A stretch of DNA of 64,000 nucleotides from Candidatus Latescibacterota bacterium (GCA_965215195.1 CBDCDC010000001.1:448001-512000); one strand, 5' to 3'; shown: positions 38,760-48,737, counted from the first letter of the stretch. Numbers and translations are program-made. The notes: generated by a model from the sequence alone, not told the origin.

Positions 38760-40752
38760 GCGGCGACTCCCGGTGCGGAAGTTAGCGGCGCTCAGGCCGG
38801 GTTATCTGGCGTTGCTGTTTGTGGTGCTGGCCTTGGTGTTGGGGGCCTTTGCGCTCTACGGCCTGCGGCAGTCCCAGCAATCGACCTTAGAGACGCTCGA
38901 ACGCGGGGCGCGGTCGCTGGCCGAAGCGGTCTCGCGCGCCGAGGAGAACGTACTCCGCGCCGAAGGCGACATGGAAGAACTGGTCGGGGAGCGCCTGCTG
39001 GACAACGCCCGGCTGCTGGCCGAATGGGAGCTGGCGTTTTCCGACACGCTGTTGGAGCGGATCGCCGCGGACAACGCTCTCGACCAAGTCGATGTGCTTG
39101 ACGCGGCCGGCCGGCTGGTGGCGTCGAGTGGCGTCGTCGATGCGGCCGCGCTGGCCGAGTGGCAGCGGGAGCTGGAGCCGCTGTTGGCCGGCGCAGAGGA
39201 GGCGCTGCTGTTCGAGTTAGACGACCAGCTCTTTGCCGTGGCCGTGGCCGTGCCGGGTGGAGGCGCGGTGATCGTGCGGGCTGCGGCCGAGCGGCTTTTG
39301 CACCTGCGGATTCGCTCGGGGGCTGGTCGGCTGATCCAAGAGATCGGTGCCAACCAAGACATTGTATACATGGCATTGCAGGACACGCTGGGCCTGTTGG
39401 CGGCCTCGCGCGATTTGGTGTTGCTCGCAAGCATTGCCGGCGACGCATTTCTCGAGACAGCTCTGACGCGCAATGCGGCCGCTTCGCGCGTCGTCGAGTT
39501 CGAGGGCGAGGAGGTCTTTGAGGTCGTCATCCCGTTTGCACCCCAAGAGACGACGTTGGGGCTTTTGCGCATCGGCCTCGCGCTCGACGAATTCCGGGCA
39601 CGAAAGCAGCGCGGGCGGCTGCAAGTGGCGCTGCTGGTGCTCCTGCTCCTGATATTGGGTGCCGTGGGCACCGGGGCGGTAACGGTGCGGCAAAACTTGG
39701 CCCTGCTCGGCGATGCGTACGCGCACATACAGACCTATAGCAGCCGCATCTTGGCGCAGATGACGGACGCGGTGGTGGCCGCGGATCCGGCTGGGGCCAT
39801 TGAAGTCTTCAACCAAGCGGCCGAGGCCTTGTTTGGGGTTGAGGGCGAGCAAGTGCGGGGGCAGAGCCTGCGCAATGTATGGCCGCACGAGGCCGTGGAT
39901 AGGGCCTTGGCCGGCGAGGAGCTCGCGGGCGTGGCCTGCCGCTTGGCGGATGCTCAGGGCCGCGAGCGGACCTTGTCGCTGTCGAGCGCACAAGTGTACA
40001 ATGCCAGCGGCGAGGTGGAGACCATCGTCTTGGTAATTCAGGATCTGAGCGAGAAGGTGGCGCTGGAGGCCGATCTGCGGCGGCGCGACCGCTTGGCCTC
40101 CATGGGGGCCTTGGCTTCGGGCGTGGCCCACGAAGTGCGCAACCCACTCAACGCCATAAGCGTGATAGTGCAGCGCCTGCGGCGCGAGTTTGTTCCGCGC
40201 ACAGACGAGGGCGAATACCGCCAGCTAACCCAAGTAGTAGCCGGGGAGGTCGAGCGAGTCAACCGCATCATTGAGCAGTTCTTAGAGTTGGCCCGCCCGC
40301 CCGCCCTCGCAAAGACGCGCGTAGAGCTGGCGTCGATCTTGGAGCGGGCGGCCGAGACGGTCGAGCCGCAAATTCTCGCGGCCGGGCTGGGGCTGGAGCG
40401 GGATTTCGCCGGCGTGGGCGCGGCCCAAGTCGATGCGGATCAGCTCCACCAAGCGCTGCTTAACTTGCTGGTCAATGCGGTGGAAGCCACGGACGAGGGG
40501 CGCATCCGGCTAGAGGCCCGGTCGCTGGCCGAGGGTTGGGTGGAAATCGGAGTGGCCGACACCGGCGCGGGCATTCCGGCCGCCGATGCCGAGCGGATTT
40601 TCGACCTGTACTTTACGACCAAGGCCGCGGGCACTGGGTTGGGTTTGAGCTTGGTTCACCGCATCGTCTCAGAGCACGGGGGGCGCGTTGAAGTGCAAAG
40701 CACCCGCGGCGCGGGGACGCGATTTGTCATTCTACTGCCGAGGGGAGCTTAA
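38746..40752 (+). CDS. Membrane sensor histidine kinase (PAS, HisKA, HATPase)
   Basis: 2 TM; GVAHEVRNPL, NLLVNA, DTGAGI, GTGLGL. Confidence 0.92.
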   Translation: MAEPKRRLPVRKLAALRPGYLALLFVVLALVLGAFALYGLRQSQQSTLETLERGARSLAEAVSRAEENVLRAEGDMEELVGERLLDNARLLAEWELAFSDTLLERIAADNALDQVDVLDAAGRLVASSGVVDAAALAEWQRELEPLLAGAEEALLFELDDQLFAVAVAVPGGGAVIVRAAAERLLHLRIRSGAGRLIQEIGANQDIVYMALQDTLGLLAASRDLVLLASIAGDAFLETALTRNAAASRVVEFEGEEVFEVVIPFAPQETTLGLLRIGLALDEFRARKQRGRLQVALLVLLLLILGAVGTGAVTVRQNLALLGDAYAHIQTYSSRILAQMTDAVVAADPAGAIEVFNQAAEALFGVEGEQVRGQSLRNVWPHEAVDRALAGEELAGVACRLADAQGRERTLSLSSAQVYNASGEVETIVLVIQDLSEKVALEADLRRRDRLASMGALASGVAHEVRNPLNAISVIVQRLRREFVPRTDEGEYRQLTQVVAGEVERVNRIIEQFLELARPPALAKTRVELASILERAAETVEPQILAAGLGLERDFAGVGAAQVDADQLHQALLNLLVNAVEATDEGRIRLEARSLAEGWVEIGVADTGAGIPAADAERIFDLYFTTKAAGTGLGLSLVHRIVSEHGGRVEVQSTRGAGTRFVILLPRGA

Positions 40753-40753
40753 C

Positions 40754-42100
40754 ATGGCTGGAGAGACCATTCTGGTAATTGACGACGAGGCCGCGCAGCG
40801 CGAGGCCGTGAGTGGCTATTTGCGCAAGCGGGGTTTTGCGGTCTTACAGGCCGCCAACGGGCGGGCGGGCTTGGCCCTATTGCAGGGCCAAGTGATCGAT
40901 CTGATTATCACGGATTTGCGGATGCCAGAGCTAGACGGGATGGGCGTGCTTGCCGCCGCCCGCGAGACCAACCCCGCCATTGGGGTGGTGCTAGCGACGG
41001 CTTTCGGAACGGTTGATGGGGCCGTTGACGCCATGCAGGAAGGGGCCTTCTACTACCTGCAAAAGCCGCTTGACCTCGACGTGCTCGACCGGATCGTCGA
41101 TCGCGCCTTGGAGCAGCGGCACCGCATCTCGGAAAACGAGCTCCTCCGCCAGCAGATTGGGGAGCGGGTGCCGTTTGGCGGCATTATGGGCTGCTCGCCG
41201 GCCATAGAAGAGGCCCTCAACGTGGTGGCGCGGGTCGCGCCGAGCCGGGCGACCGTGCTGTTGCGCGGCGAGTCGGGCACCGGCAAGGAGCTGATGGCGC
41301 GCGCAGTACACGAGGCCAGCCCCCGAGCCGCCCGCCCCTTTGTGGCCGTCAACTGCGCCGCCCTCAACAAGGGCTTGATCGAAAGCGAGCTGTTTGGGCA
41401 CGAGAAAGGGGCCTTTACCGGGGCCGACGCCCGGCGCATCGGCCGCTTTGAGCAGGCCGACGGAGGCACCTTATTCCTCGACGAGTTGGCCGAAATCCCC
41501 CTTGACGTGCAGGTCAAACTCTTGCGGGTCTTGCAGGAGCGCAAGATCGAGCGCGTCGGCAGCGGCGTTGAGATCGAGGTTGATGTGCGGCTGATCGGGG
41601 CGACGAATCGAGATTTGGAGGCGCTGGTAGCGCAAGGGACGTTCCGCGAGGATCTGTTTTACCGGCTCAACGTCGTCGCGGTGGACCTGCCGCCGTTGCG
41701 GCACCGCAAGGGCGACATTCCCCTGCTCGCCGACCACTTTCTCGCCCGCTACGCCGAGGAAAACGCCAAAGCCGTCGGCGAGATCTCCAAAGAGGCCTTG
41801 GAGCTCCTAACGCGCTACGCCTACCCGGGCAATGTGCGCGAGTTGCAAAACATCGTCGAGCGCGCGGTGGTCATGGCGCGCGGCCCAGTGGTGACACGGG
41901 CAGATTTGCCAGCCGAAGTGCAAAAAGCAGTGGCTGGGCCGGACGCGGACACCTTGCCCGCGCAAGTGGAGGAACTGGAAAAGACGGCCATTGCCCAAGC
42001 CTTGGAGCGGGCCGGCGGCGTCCAGAGCCGGGCCGCCGAGATGCTGGGTCTGACCGAGCGCAACCTGCGCTACAAGCTAAAGAAATACAGGCTAAAGTAG
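40754..42100 (+). CDS. Sigma54-dependent response regulator (NtrC/ZraR/AtoC family)
   Basis: REC (IDDE, TDLRMP), GESGTGKE, GAFTGA, FREDLFYRL, Fis HTH. Confidence 0.95.
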   Translation: MAGETILVIDDEAAQREAVSGYLRKRGFAVLQAANGRAGLALLQGQVIDLIITDLRMPELDGMGVLAAARETNPAIGVVLATAFGTVDGAVDAMQEGAFYYLQKPLDLDVLDRIVDRALEQRHRISENELLRQQIGERVPFGGIMGCSPAIEEALNVVARVAPSRATVLLRGESGTGKELMARAVHEASPRAARPFVAVNCAALNKGLIESELFGHEKGAFTGADARRIGRFEQADGGTLFLDELAEIPLDVQVKLLRVLQERKIERVGSGVEIEVDVRLIGATNRDLEALVAQGTFREDLFYRLNVVAVDLPPLRHRKGDIPLLADHFLARYAEENAKAVGEISKEALELLTRYAYPGNVRELQNIVERAVVMARGPVVTRADLPAEVQKAVAGPDADTLPAQVEELEKTAIAQALERAGGVQSRAAEMLGLTERNLRYKLKKYRLK

Positions 42101-42102
42101 CT

Positions 42103-43245
42103 TCAAAAACCGAGCCGGACGCCCGCGGAGTACGCATGGGCGTCCGCATTGTAGAAAGCGTCGTTGGACGCGACCGCGCGGTAGAGCCACTCCAGTTCGA
42201 GGGCGATCTCTCGGAGCCGGGTGCTTTCTAGGTAAAACACACGCCCTAGGCTCAAGCGTGCGGTGCGGCGCGTTTCCGCCGTGGATTCCCCAGTGGGAAA
42301 TGCTGGCCGGTGGCTGTAGAGGCGGCTTTCGCTTTGCAAGGAGGTCGCCAATTCCCAGTCTAGCGGGGCCAAGTACTTTAGAGTGGCACTCCATTGATCC
42401 CCATCATAGTTGTAGAGGTCTTCAAAAAGCTCGTCCGGGTCGTACCAGTGCGCCTTGGAGGCCTGAGCTTCGTAGAGCTGCGCCTTAGATTTCGTCTTGG
42501 CCTTGTAGCCATCGTCGAAGAGTTCGTCCGGGTCGTACCAGAACCAATCGGCATAGCGGCTCTGGCCGGCGAGGTTGCGCTGGTGGTGCCACGCTAGCTG
42601 CAATCCGAGGTTGGGCCCCAGGGATTGGGCGGCCTTGAGGCGGGTGCCCCACCTGAGCAGGTTGCGGCTGGGCTGGGCCGTTTCTCGCAGGTAGGATTTA
42701 AGGCCCAACTCGCCGTTTAGCTGCAAGGTGGTGCGGGTGGGAAAGTAGTGGGTTAGCTGGGCGTCGAGGTGCTGTTCGGCGTAGTTGTAGTCGGCCGCGT
42801 TGAGAAAGTTTTGGTAGCTCAGGGTATAGTCGAGGCGGCCGAGCATATCCGGGTGTAGATAAGACTCAACGCTGGCGAAAGCCCAGCCGGCCGCAAAGTC
42901 TCGGTAGGAGTAGAGCGGGCGGTCCAAGCGCAGGCTTAGGGCGGCACCAGAAAAGAACAGGCCGGCCGCCCCCAAGGGACGCGCATAGCTCGCGCCAAAG
43001 CGGTGCAAGTGGTTGAAAAGGTCGGGGTTTTCGCTGAATACGTTGGCGCTGCCCGAGTAGTACAAGTCCAAGTCGGCGTCGAGCTGGTAGGAGAAGTCGA
43101 TATAGGCCGACTGGATCAGGTCGCTGCGCTGGCTGGTGGTGAGAAAAACATTGTCCGTATAGGTGGCGTACAGGTCGGCGTTGAGCGCGACTTGAGCCTC
43201 GGCTGCGGAAATTAGCGCGATTAGGCAGGCGGGTAGGCACTTCAT
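42103..43245 (-). CDS. Probable outer-membrane beta-barrel protein
   Basis: Signal peptide; YTDNVF; aromatic alternating strands; C-terminal AGVRLGF. Confidence 0.7.
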   Translation of the reverse strand: MKCLPACLIALISAAEAQVALNADLYATYTDNVFLTTSQRSDLIQSAYIDFSYQLDADLDLYYSGSANVFSENPDLFNHLHRFGASYARPLGAAGLFFSGAALSLRLDRPLYSYRDFAAGWAFASVESYLHPDMLGRLDYTLSYQNFLNAADYNYAEQHLDAQLTHYFPTRTTLQLNGELGLKSYLRETAQPSRNLLRWGTRLKAAQSLGPNLGLQLAWHHQRNLAGQSRYADWFWYDPDELFDDGYKAKTKSKAQLYEAQASKAHWYDPDELFEDLYNYDGDQWSATLKYLAPLDWELATSLQSESRLYSHRPAFPTGESTAETRRTARLSLGRVFYLESTRLREIALELEWLYRAVASNDAFYNADAHAYSAGVRLGF

Positions 43246-43970
43246 TTGCGGTCCTTTTGCTTTTTGTACTGCTTGGCATCTTTTAGACGCGGGGGTACGT
43301 AGCGGCGTTTTAGGCGTTTTTTGACTAGGTATTTCGCGCGCTCGTCCGGGTGCTTTAGGAGGCGGCGCAAAAGGCGGGCGTCGTCAATGCCGTCGCCATC
43401 CTCGTCCAAGAAGAAGTCCATCCGCCGGTTTAGAGCGCGTAGCCGCTGGTGCAGCCGCTTGAGCGGATCGTGCATGCCGTCGCCATCGGCGTCGCGGAAG
43501 TGCTTGATCCGGTGCTTGCGCTCTTCGACGATGCGGCCAAAGCGATAGCCCATAAGCCCGTGCGGGCCGTACTTTGCGCCGGTTATATCGTTTAAGCGGT
43601 CGCCATTGCAATCGACGACATTGTCGATGAAGCCGTCTTTGTCGGCGTCGCGGAAGCGGCTGTCGAGGTCGTTTACGCCGTCGCCATCGGCGTCGCGGAA
43701 GCGGTCGTTTACGCCGTCGCCATCCTCGTCGGCAAAGGAAAAGTGGTGGGGATAAGGCTGGCCATCGCGGTCGTTTACGCCGTCGCCATCCTCGTCGCGG
43801 AAGCGGTCGTTTACGCCGTCGCGGTCGGCATCGACATAGCCGACGACGGGCGCGGGGGTTGCGTCGGCCGGCCCGGATTGGGCGCAGACGGAACAGGCCA
43901 GCAGGGCGCTGGCCGCGATAGCGATGACGACCATGTTTCTCTCCATCCGCTCGTACGCAACAGACAGCAC
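43242..43970 (-). CDS. Exported Ca-binding repeat protein (DxDGDGVND, TSP3/EF-hand-like) with basic tail
   Basis: About 8 DxDxDG motifs; DNA repeat GTCGTTTACGCCGTCGC; signal peptide; start uncertain. Confidence 0.75.
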   Translation of the reverse strand: MLSVAYERMERNMVVIAIAASALLACSVCAQSGPADATPAPVVGYVDADRDGVNDRFRDEDGDGVNDRDGQPYPHHFSFADEDGDGVNDRFRDADGDGVNDLDSRFRDADKDGFIDNVVDCNGDRLNDITGAKYGPHGLMGYRFGRIVEERKHRIKHFRDADGDGMHDPLKRLHQRLRALNRRMDFFLDEDGDGIDDARLLRRLLKHPDERAKYLVKKRLKRRYVPPRLKDAKQYKKQKDRK

Positions 43971-44009
43971 CCGGGAGCGGCCGAGTGCCGTCTGTTGCTT
44001 TTTGCCGTG

Positions 44010-44738
44010 CTATCGGCCGAAGGACTCCTTGACGCGGCCCCAGCTCGTCTCCTCGACGGCTGTCGTGGCTTTGCCCGCAGCCGCTGGCTCGCTCTCTTCC
44101 TCGCTGCCCTTTGAATGGCTGCCGCGAAAGGTTGCGCGCTGTTCGGCGGTCAGGATGGCCTCAAAGCCGGCGCGGTACTGTTCGCCGAGGGCCTGCTTCT
44201 GCTCGTTTAGGCCCTCTCTGAGTGCTTGGATCTGGGCCTGCTGATCGTCGCTCAAGCCGAGTTGCTCGACCAACGCGCCCTTGTGCTTTCCTCGCTTGCC
44301 GCGATTGGCCGTAAGTCCTGCGAGGGCGTCGCGCTGCTCATCGGTTAGGATGGCCTCAAAGCCGGCGCGGTACTCTTCTTTAGTCAGGTCCTGCTCTTTG
44401 AGGGCTTGAATTTGCGTCTGCTGGTCGTCGCTCAGGCCGAGCGGGTTCCTGATTGCCGCGAGGGTTTGGTGCTGCTCGTCGGTCAGGATGGCCTCAAAGC
44501 CGGCGCGGTACTGTTCGCCGAGGGCCTGTCTCTGGCCGCGTATGTCCTCTTTGAGGGCTTGAATTTGCGCTTGCTGGTCTTCGCTCAGGCCGAGTTGCTC
44601 GACCAACGCGCCCTTGTGCCCGCTGCGCTTGCCGTGCCCGTGGAATCCCTGCTTGCCTCCCCGGCCTCGCGCCGAGGTGTCCATGGCTGCCGCGGCTACC
44701 AACAGCAGCGCGGCTGCGATTCCCCACGTTGTCTTCAC
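44010..44738 (-). CDS. Spy/CpxP/ZraP-like periplasmic protein with C-terminal AVE..WG.VK tail
   Basis: GTG after AAGGAGG; signal peptide; three LGLSxDQQ...ILT[DA]EQ units; ends TAVEETSWGRVKESFGR. Confidence 0.8.
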   Translation of the reverse strand: MKTTWGIAAALLLVAAAAMDTSARGRGGKQGFHGHGKRSGHKGALVEQLGLSEDQQAQIQALKEDIRGQRQALGEQYRAGFEAILTDEQHQTLAAIRNPLGLSDDQQTQIQALKEQDLTKEEYRAGFEAILTDEQRDALAGLTANRGKRGKHKGALVEQLGLSDDQQAQIQALREGLNEQKQALGEQYRAGFEAILTAEQRATFRGSHSKGSEEESEPAAAGKATTAVEETSWGRVKESFGR

Positions 44739-44802
44739 GATGTGCCTCCTTGAAAGAGATAAGTGTGCTGCCCAACGTGCATCGTTGGGTCGCACTGTAT
44801 TT

Positions 44803-44819
44803 AGCAACCTCCGTGCCAA
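44803..44819 (-). promoter_or_regulatory. Sigma54 -24/-12 promoter
   Basis: TTGGCACGGAGGTTGCT, a consensus match 65 bp before the 44738 start. Confidence 0.85.
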
Positions 44820-45037
44820 GTGAGAGCATTTTTTTGCAAAGTGCCGTTTTACAGTGGGCAACAGCCCTGCGTCGTGGCAAAAGAGCCGTAGACTTGGTGC
44901 GGCGAATTCGACCATTTGGTCGAAGCAGGTAGAGCTTAACATGGCATAACATTTTGTTTTTATTGGTCAGATAGATAATTCGACCAAGGCTAAAAATTCG
45001 ACCGAATGGTCGCTGGTAAAGCAAATCCCACCAAACC

Positions 45038-46432
45038 TTATCCCCGCCCCAACACCCGCGCCGGCAGATGCGTAGCCAGCTCCGGCGCAAACCACAGCCC
45101 CACTAACAGCAGCACCTGAATCGCGATAAAGGGCACGACCCCCCGGTAGATCTGCGGTGTGCTGATCTGAGGAGGGGCGACGCCACGCAAGTAAAAGAGC
45201 GAGAAGCCAAACGGGGGCGTGAGAAAAGAGGTCTGCAAGTTCAGGGCGATCATCACGCCCAACCACACCGGATCCAAACCCATGGCCAAGAGAATCGGGC
45301 CGACGATGGGGACGACGACGAAGATGATCTCGAAGAAGTCGAGAAAGAAGCCGAGCAAAAACATCACGGCCATCACCAGCGCGAAAGAGCCGACCACGCC
45401 GCCGGTCGCCTCATGGGTCAGAAAGCTCTCGACCGCTTCGTCGCCGCCGTAGCCGCGAAAGACCAACGAAAACACACTCGCGCCGATGAGTATGGTAAAA
45501 ACCATGGCGTTGATCTCAGTAGTGGCGCGCATGACTTCTTTGAGTGCGGCGCGGTTGAACTGTCCTTTGGCCAGCGCCAAGAGCATGGCACCAACGGCCC
45601 CGACCGAAGCCGCCTCGGTCGGGGTGGCCACCCCTAAGAGGATGGAGCCGAGCACCCCGCCGATGAGGACTAGGGGCGGCACGAGGGCCGCGCCGAGGCG
45701 GCCGAGGAAGGCCGCGCTGAGGATTTGTACGCGCTCCGCGGCCGGCACGGCTGGCACGGCAGCAGGCTTGAGGAGGCCGAGGCCGACGATGTAGAGGATA
45801 TAGAGGCCCATCAGCACGAGGCCGGGCACGAGCGCCCCCATAAAGAGGTCGCCGACCGACACCGAAACCGGGGCAAAATTGCCCATTTTGATCTGGGCCT
45901 GCTGGTAGGCCGAGGAGACGACGTCGCCGAGGATGACTAGCACAATGCTGGGCGGGATGATCTGGCCGAGCGTTCCCGAGGCGCAGATGATGCCGGTGGC
46001 AACCGCTGGGGAGTACGCGCGTTTGAGCATGGCCGGCAGCGAAATGAGACCCATGGTGACGACCGTTGCGCCGACGATGCCGGTGGAGGCCGCCAACAGG
46101 CCCCCGACGAGGCAGACCGAAATCCCCAGCCCCCCGCACAAGCGGCCGCAGAGTTGGGCCATGGTTTCGAGCAGGTCCTCGGCGATTTTTGAGCGCTCTA
46201 ACACGACCCCCATAAAGACGAACAGGGGCACGGCCATCAGGGTCTCGTTGGCCATGATGCCGTAGATGCGGGCCGGCAAGGCCGAGAGAAAGGCCGCGTC
46301 AAAGTGGCCGGTGAGGACGCCGAGGCCGGCAAAGCCGAGGGCCGTACCCGCGAGACAAAAGGCCACCGGGAAGCCGGATAGCAGCACCGCGAAGGTGCAG
46401 AGGAACATGGCCAGCGGCGCGAGTTCGCTCAT
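45038..46432 (-). CDS. dctM: TRAP transporter large permease
   Basis: AVPLFVFMG, GTLGQIIPPS, ATPTEAASVG, SFLTPPFG. Confidence 0.92.
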   Translation of the reverse strand: MSELAPLAMFLCTFAVLLSGFPVAFCLAGTALGFAGLGVLTGHFDAAFLSALPARIYGIMANETLMAVPLFVFMGVVLERSKIAEDLLETMAQLCGRLCGGLGISVCLVGGLLAASTGIVGATVVTMGLISLPAMLKRAYSPAVATGIICASGTLGQIIPPSIVLVILGDVVSSAYQQAQIKMGNFAPVSVSVGDLFMGALVPGLVLMGLYILYIVGLGLLKPAAVPAVPAAERVQILSAAFLGRLGAALVPPLVLIGGVLGSILLGVATPTEAASVGAVGAMLLALAKGQFNRAALKEVMRATTEINAMVFTILIGASVFSLVFRGYGGDEAVESFLTHEATGGVVGSFALVMAVMFLLGFFLDFFEIIFVVVPIVGPILLAMGLDPVWLGVMIALNLQTSFLTPPFGFSLFYLRGVAPPQISTPQIYRGVVPFIAIQVLLLVGLWFAPELATHLPARVLGRG

Positions 46433-46920
46433 GGGCTGCGGAGGGTTTGCACGCTGTGGTGAATGATGGCTAGGGCTTGCAGCAACAGCAACGAGAAGCA
46501 CAGGGGAATGGCGGTTTTGAGCAGATAGACCGCCTCCAAGCCGCCGCCATCTTTGGAGCCCTCGAGCACGGCCCAAGAGTCGGCGACAAAGGGCAGCGAC
46601 TGGTAGAGCAGCACCGTGCAGCAGGGGATCAGCAGCAGCGCACTGCCCAAGAGATTGACGAGGGCCTTGCGCCGGACGCCCAAGGGCCGGTAGAGGATAT
46701 CGACGCGGACGTGCGCGTCGCGCGAGAGGGTGTAACCGGCCGCGAGGAGGAAGGTAAAGGCGTGCATGTACAGGGCTATTTCCTGCATCCACACCCAGCC
46801 GCGCCCAAACAGGTAGCGCAAGATGACGATGGCAAAGGTCACCAAGACCATGCCCAGCGTCAGCCAAGGCACGGTGTGGGCGACGAAGCGGTTGAGGCGT
46901 TCCATGCGGGCGTCAGCCAA
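46429..46920 (-). CDS. dctQ: TRAP transporter small permease
   Basis: 4 TM; AHVRVDILY. Confidence 0.9.
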   Translation of the reverse strand: MADARMERLNRFVAHTVPWLTLGMVLVTFAIVILRYLFGRGWVWMQEIALYMHAFTFLLAAGYTLSRDAHVRVDILYRPLGVRRKALVNLLGSALLLIPCCTVLLYQSLPFVADSWAVLEGSKDGGGLEAVYLLKTAIPLCFSLLLLQALAIIHHSVQTLRSP

Positions 46921-48037
46921 AGGTCAGGGCGCGGGCCTGAGTATAGGCTTCCTCGGAGATGCGCGTGTACGCGATGGAGTTTTTGCGGAAGGCGTCAAAC
47001 GAGCGATAAACCCGGCTGGAAAAGGGGTCTTGGCCGGCGATCTCGGCTACGACTTCGGCGGCCACTTGGCCGATTTGCGCCAAGAGTTCGTCGGGAAAGC
47101 GCCGGAGTTGGACGCCGTGTTCTTCGACCAAGGTCTTGAGGGCGTGGCCGTTGCGCGCGGTGAACTCGCTGAGCATGTCGTCGTTGGCCGCTTGGCAGGC
47201 ATATTCGACGACAGCTTGGAGGTCTGCGGGAAGGGCTTCCAAGGCTTGCTTGTTGACCATGCACTCTAGCGTCGTCCCGGGCTCGTGCCAGCCCGGCCAG
47301 TAGTAGTATTGGGCGGCTTGGTGCAGCCCAAAGGCGAGATCGTTGTACGGGCCGACCCATTCGGTGGCGTCGATGGCCCCGGTCTTGAGGGCTTGGAAGA
47401 TCTCGCCGCCGGGCAGGGCTTTGACCGTGGCTTGGAGGCGGCGCAGGACCTCGCCGCCCAAGCCCGGCATCCGCATGACCAAGCCGGAAAAGTCGCTTAG
47501 GGCGTTGATTTCCCGGTTGAACCAACCGCCCATCTGCACGCCGGTGTTGCCGACGGGAAAGGCCCGCAGGTTGAAGGAGGCGTAGAGCTCGTCCCACAAG
47601 CTCTGGCCACCGCCATAGCGCAGCCAGCCGTTGATCTCGGCCGCGTTGAGCCCAAAGGGGACGGCCGAAAAAAATTGGGTCGCCTCGTGCTTGCCCTTCC
47701 AGTAGTAAGCAGCGCCGTGGCCCATCTCGGCGGTGCCGCCGGCGACCGCGTCGAACACGCCCGAGGCCGGCACCAGCTCACCCGCGCCGTACACCTTGAC
47801 TTGCAGGCGTCCCCCGGACAGGGCCGCCATGCTGTGAGCGAGGTTGTTGGCCCCGGTGCCCAAGGCCGGAAAGTCCTTGGGCCACGTGGTGACCATCTTC
47901 CACTTGAAGTGGCGTTGGGATTGGACGGCCGGGGCCGCTTGCTGTTCGGCTTGGCCACAGGCGGCCAAGGTGCCGGCCGCTAGCAGTGGGGTGCTTTGCA
48001 GAAAGGAGCGGCGCGAGCGTGGTGCAGAATCGTGCAT
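46913..48037 (-). CDS. dctP: TRAP solute receptor (TakP/FcbT1-like), Tat lipoprotein
   Basis: SRRSFL Tat motif, LAAC; GNTGVQMGGWF, DATEWVGPYND, PGWHEPG. Confidence 0.92.
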   Translation of the reverse strand: MHDSAPRSRRSFLQSTPLLAAGTLAACGQAEQQAAPAVQSQRHFKWKMVTTWPKDFPALGTGANNLAHSMAALSGGRLQVKVYGAGELVPASGVFDAVAGGTAEMGHGAAYYWKGKHEATQFFSAVPFGLNAAEINGWLRYGGGQSLWDELYASFNLRAFPVGNTGVQMGGWFNREINALSDFSGLVMRMPGLGGEVLRRLQATVKALPGGEIFQALKTGAIDATEWVGPYNDLAFGLHQAAQYYYWPGWHEPGTTLECMVNKQALEALPADLQAVVEYACQAANDDMLSEFTARNGHALKTLVEEHGVQLRRFPDELLAQIGQVAAEVVAEIAGQDPFSSRVYRSFDAFRKNSIAYTRISEEAYTQARALTFG

Positions 48038-48044
48038 GGGAGTC

Positions 48045-48725
48045 TCAGCTTTTGTCGATTAGGTGGCAGGAGCCGTCGTCTTGGCCGACGATCACGAGAT
48101 GGGTCAGGCCGAGGAAAAGCCCGTTTTCCACGACCCCGGGCAGGGCGTTGAGCCAGCGCTCGGTGGCGCGGGCGTCGTCGATCCCGGTGGGAAAACGAGC
48201 GTCGATGACCCAGTTGCCGTTGTCGGTGACAAATGGGATGTCCGGTGCGCACAAGCGCAAGGCCGGGGCGAGGCCCCGCTCTTGGAGACACCGCACGATG
48301 AGGGGATGGGACCAAGGGACGACCTCGACCGGCAGCGGAGCCTTGGTGCCGAGCCGATTGACTAGCTTGGATGGGTCGGCGACAATGATTTGGCGCGTGG
48401 TGATGGAGGCGACGACCTTCTCGCGCAGGAGTGCGCCGCCGAGGCCCTTGATTAAGTCGAGGCTGGGATCGACCTCGTCGGCCCCGTCAATGGTCAAATC
48501 GGCGCTGGACACCTCGGCGAGCGTCGTCAGCTCAATACCGAGGGCGCGGGCCAAGGCGGCCGTGGCTTCCGAGGTGGGGATGGCCTTGACCACCAGCCCG
48601 GCCGCGACGCGCTCGCCGAGGGCGCGGATGGCCCATTCGGCGGTCGAGCCAGTACCCAAGCCTACGATCATACCGGCTTCAATGTACTCGGCCGCGCAGC
48701 GGCCGGCGGCTTCTTTCGGCGTCAT
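48045..48725 (-). CDS. rpiA: Ribose-5-phosphate isomerase A
   Basis: GLGTGST, DGADEVD, IKGLGGALLREK, TDNGN, GVVENGLF. Confidence 0.96.
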   Translation of the reverse strand: MTPKEAAGRCAAEYIEAGMIVGLGTGSTAEWAIRALGERVAAGLVVKAIPTSEATAALARALGIELTTLAEVSSADLTIDGADEVDPSLDLIKGLGGALLREKVVASITTRQIIVADPSKLVNRLGTKAPLPVEVVPWSHPLIVRCLQERGLAPALRLCAPDIPFVTDNGNWVIDARFPTGIDDARATERWLNALPGVVENGLFLGLTHLVIVGQDDGSCHLIDKS

Positions 48726-48737
48726 GTCGTTATCAAT

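Noticed and set aside
43600-43830. Spaced DNA repeats as a CRISPR or DGR template
   Set aside because: Fully explained by in-frame DxDGDGVND protein repeats; no reverse transcriptase in the window
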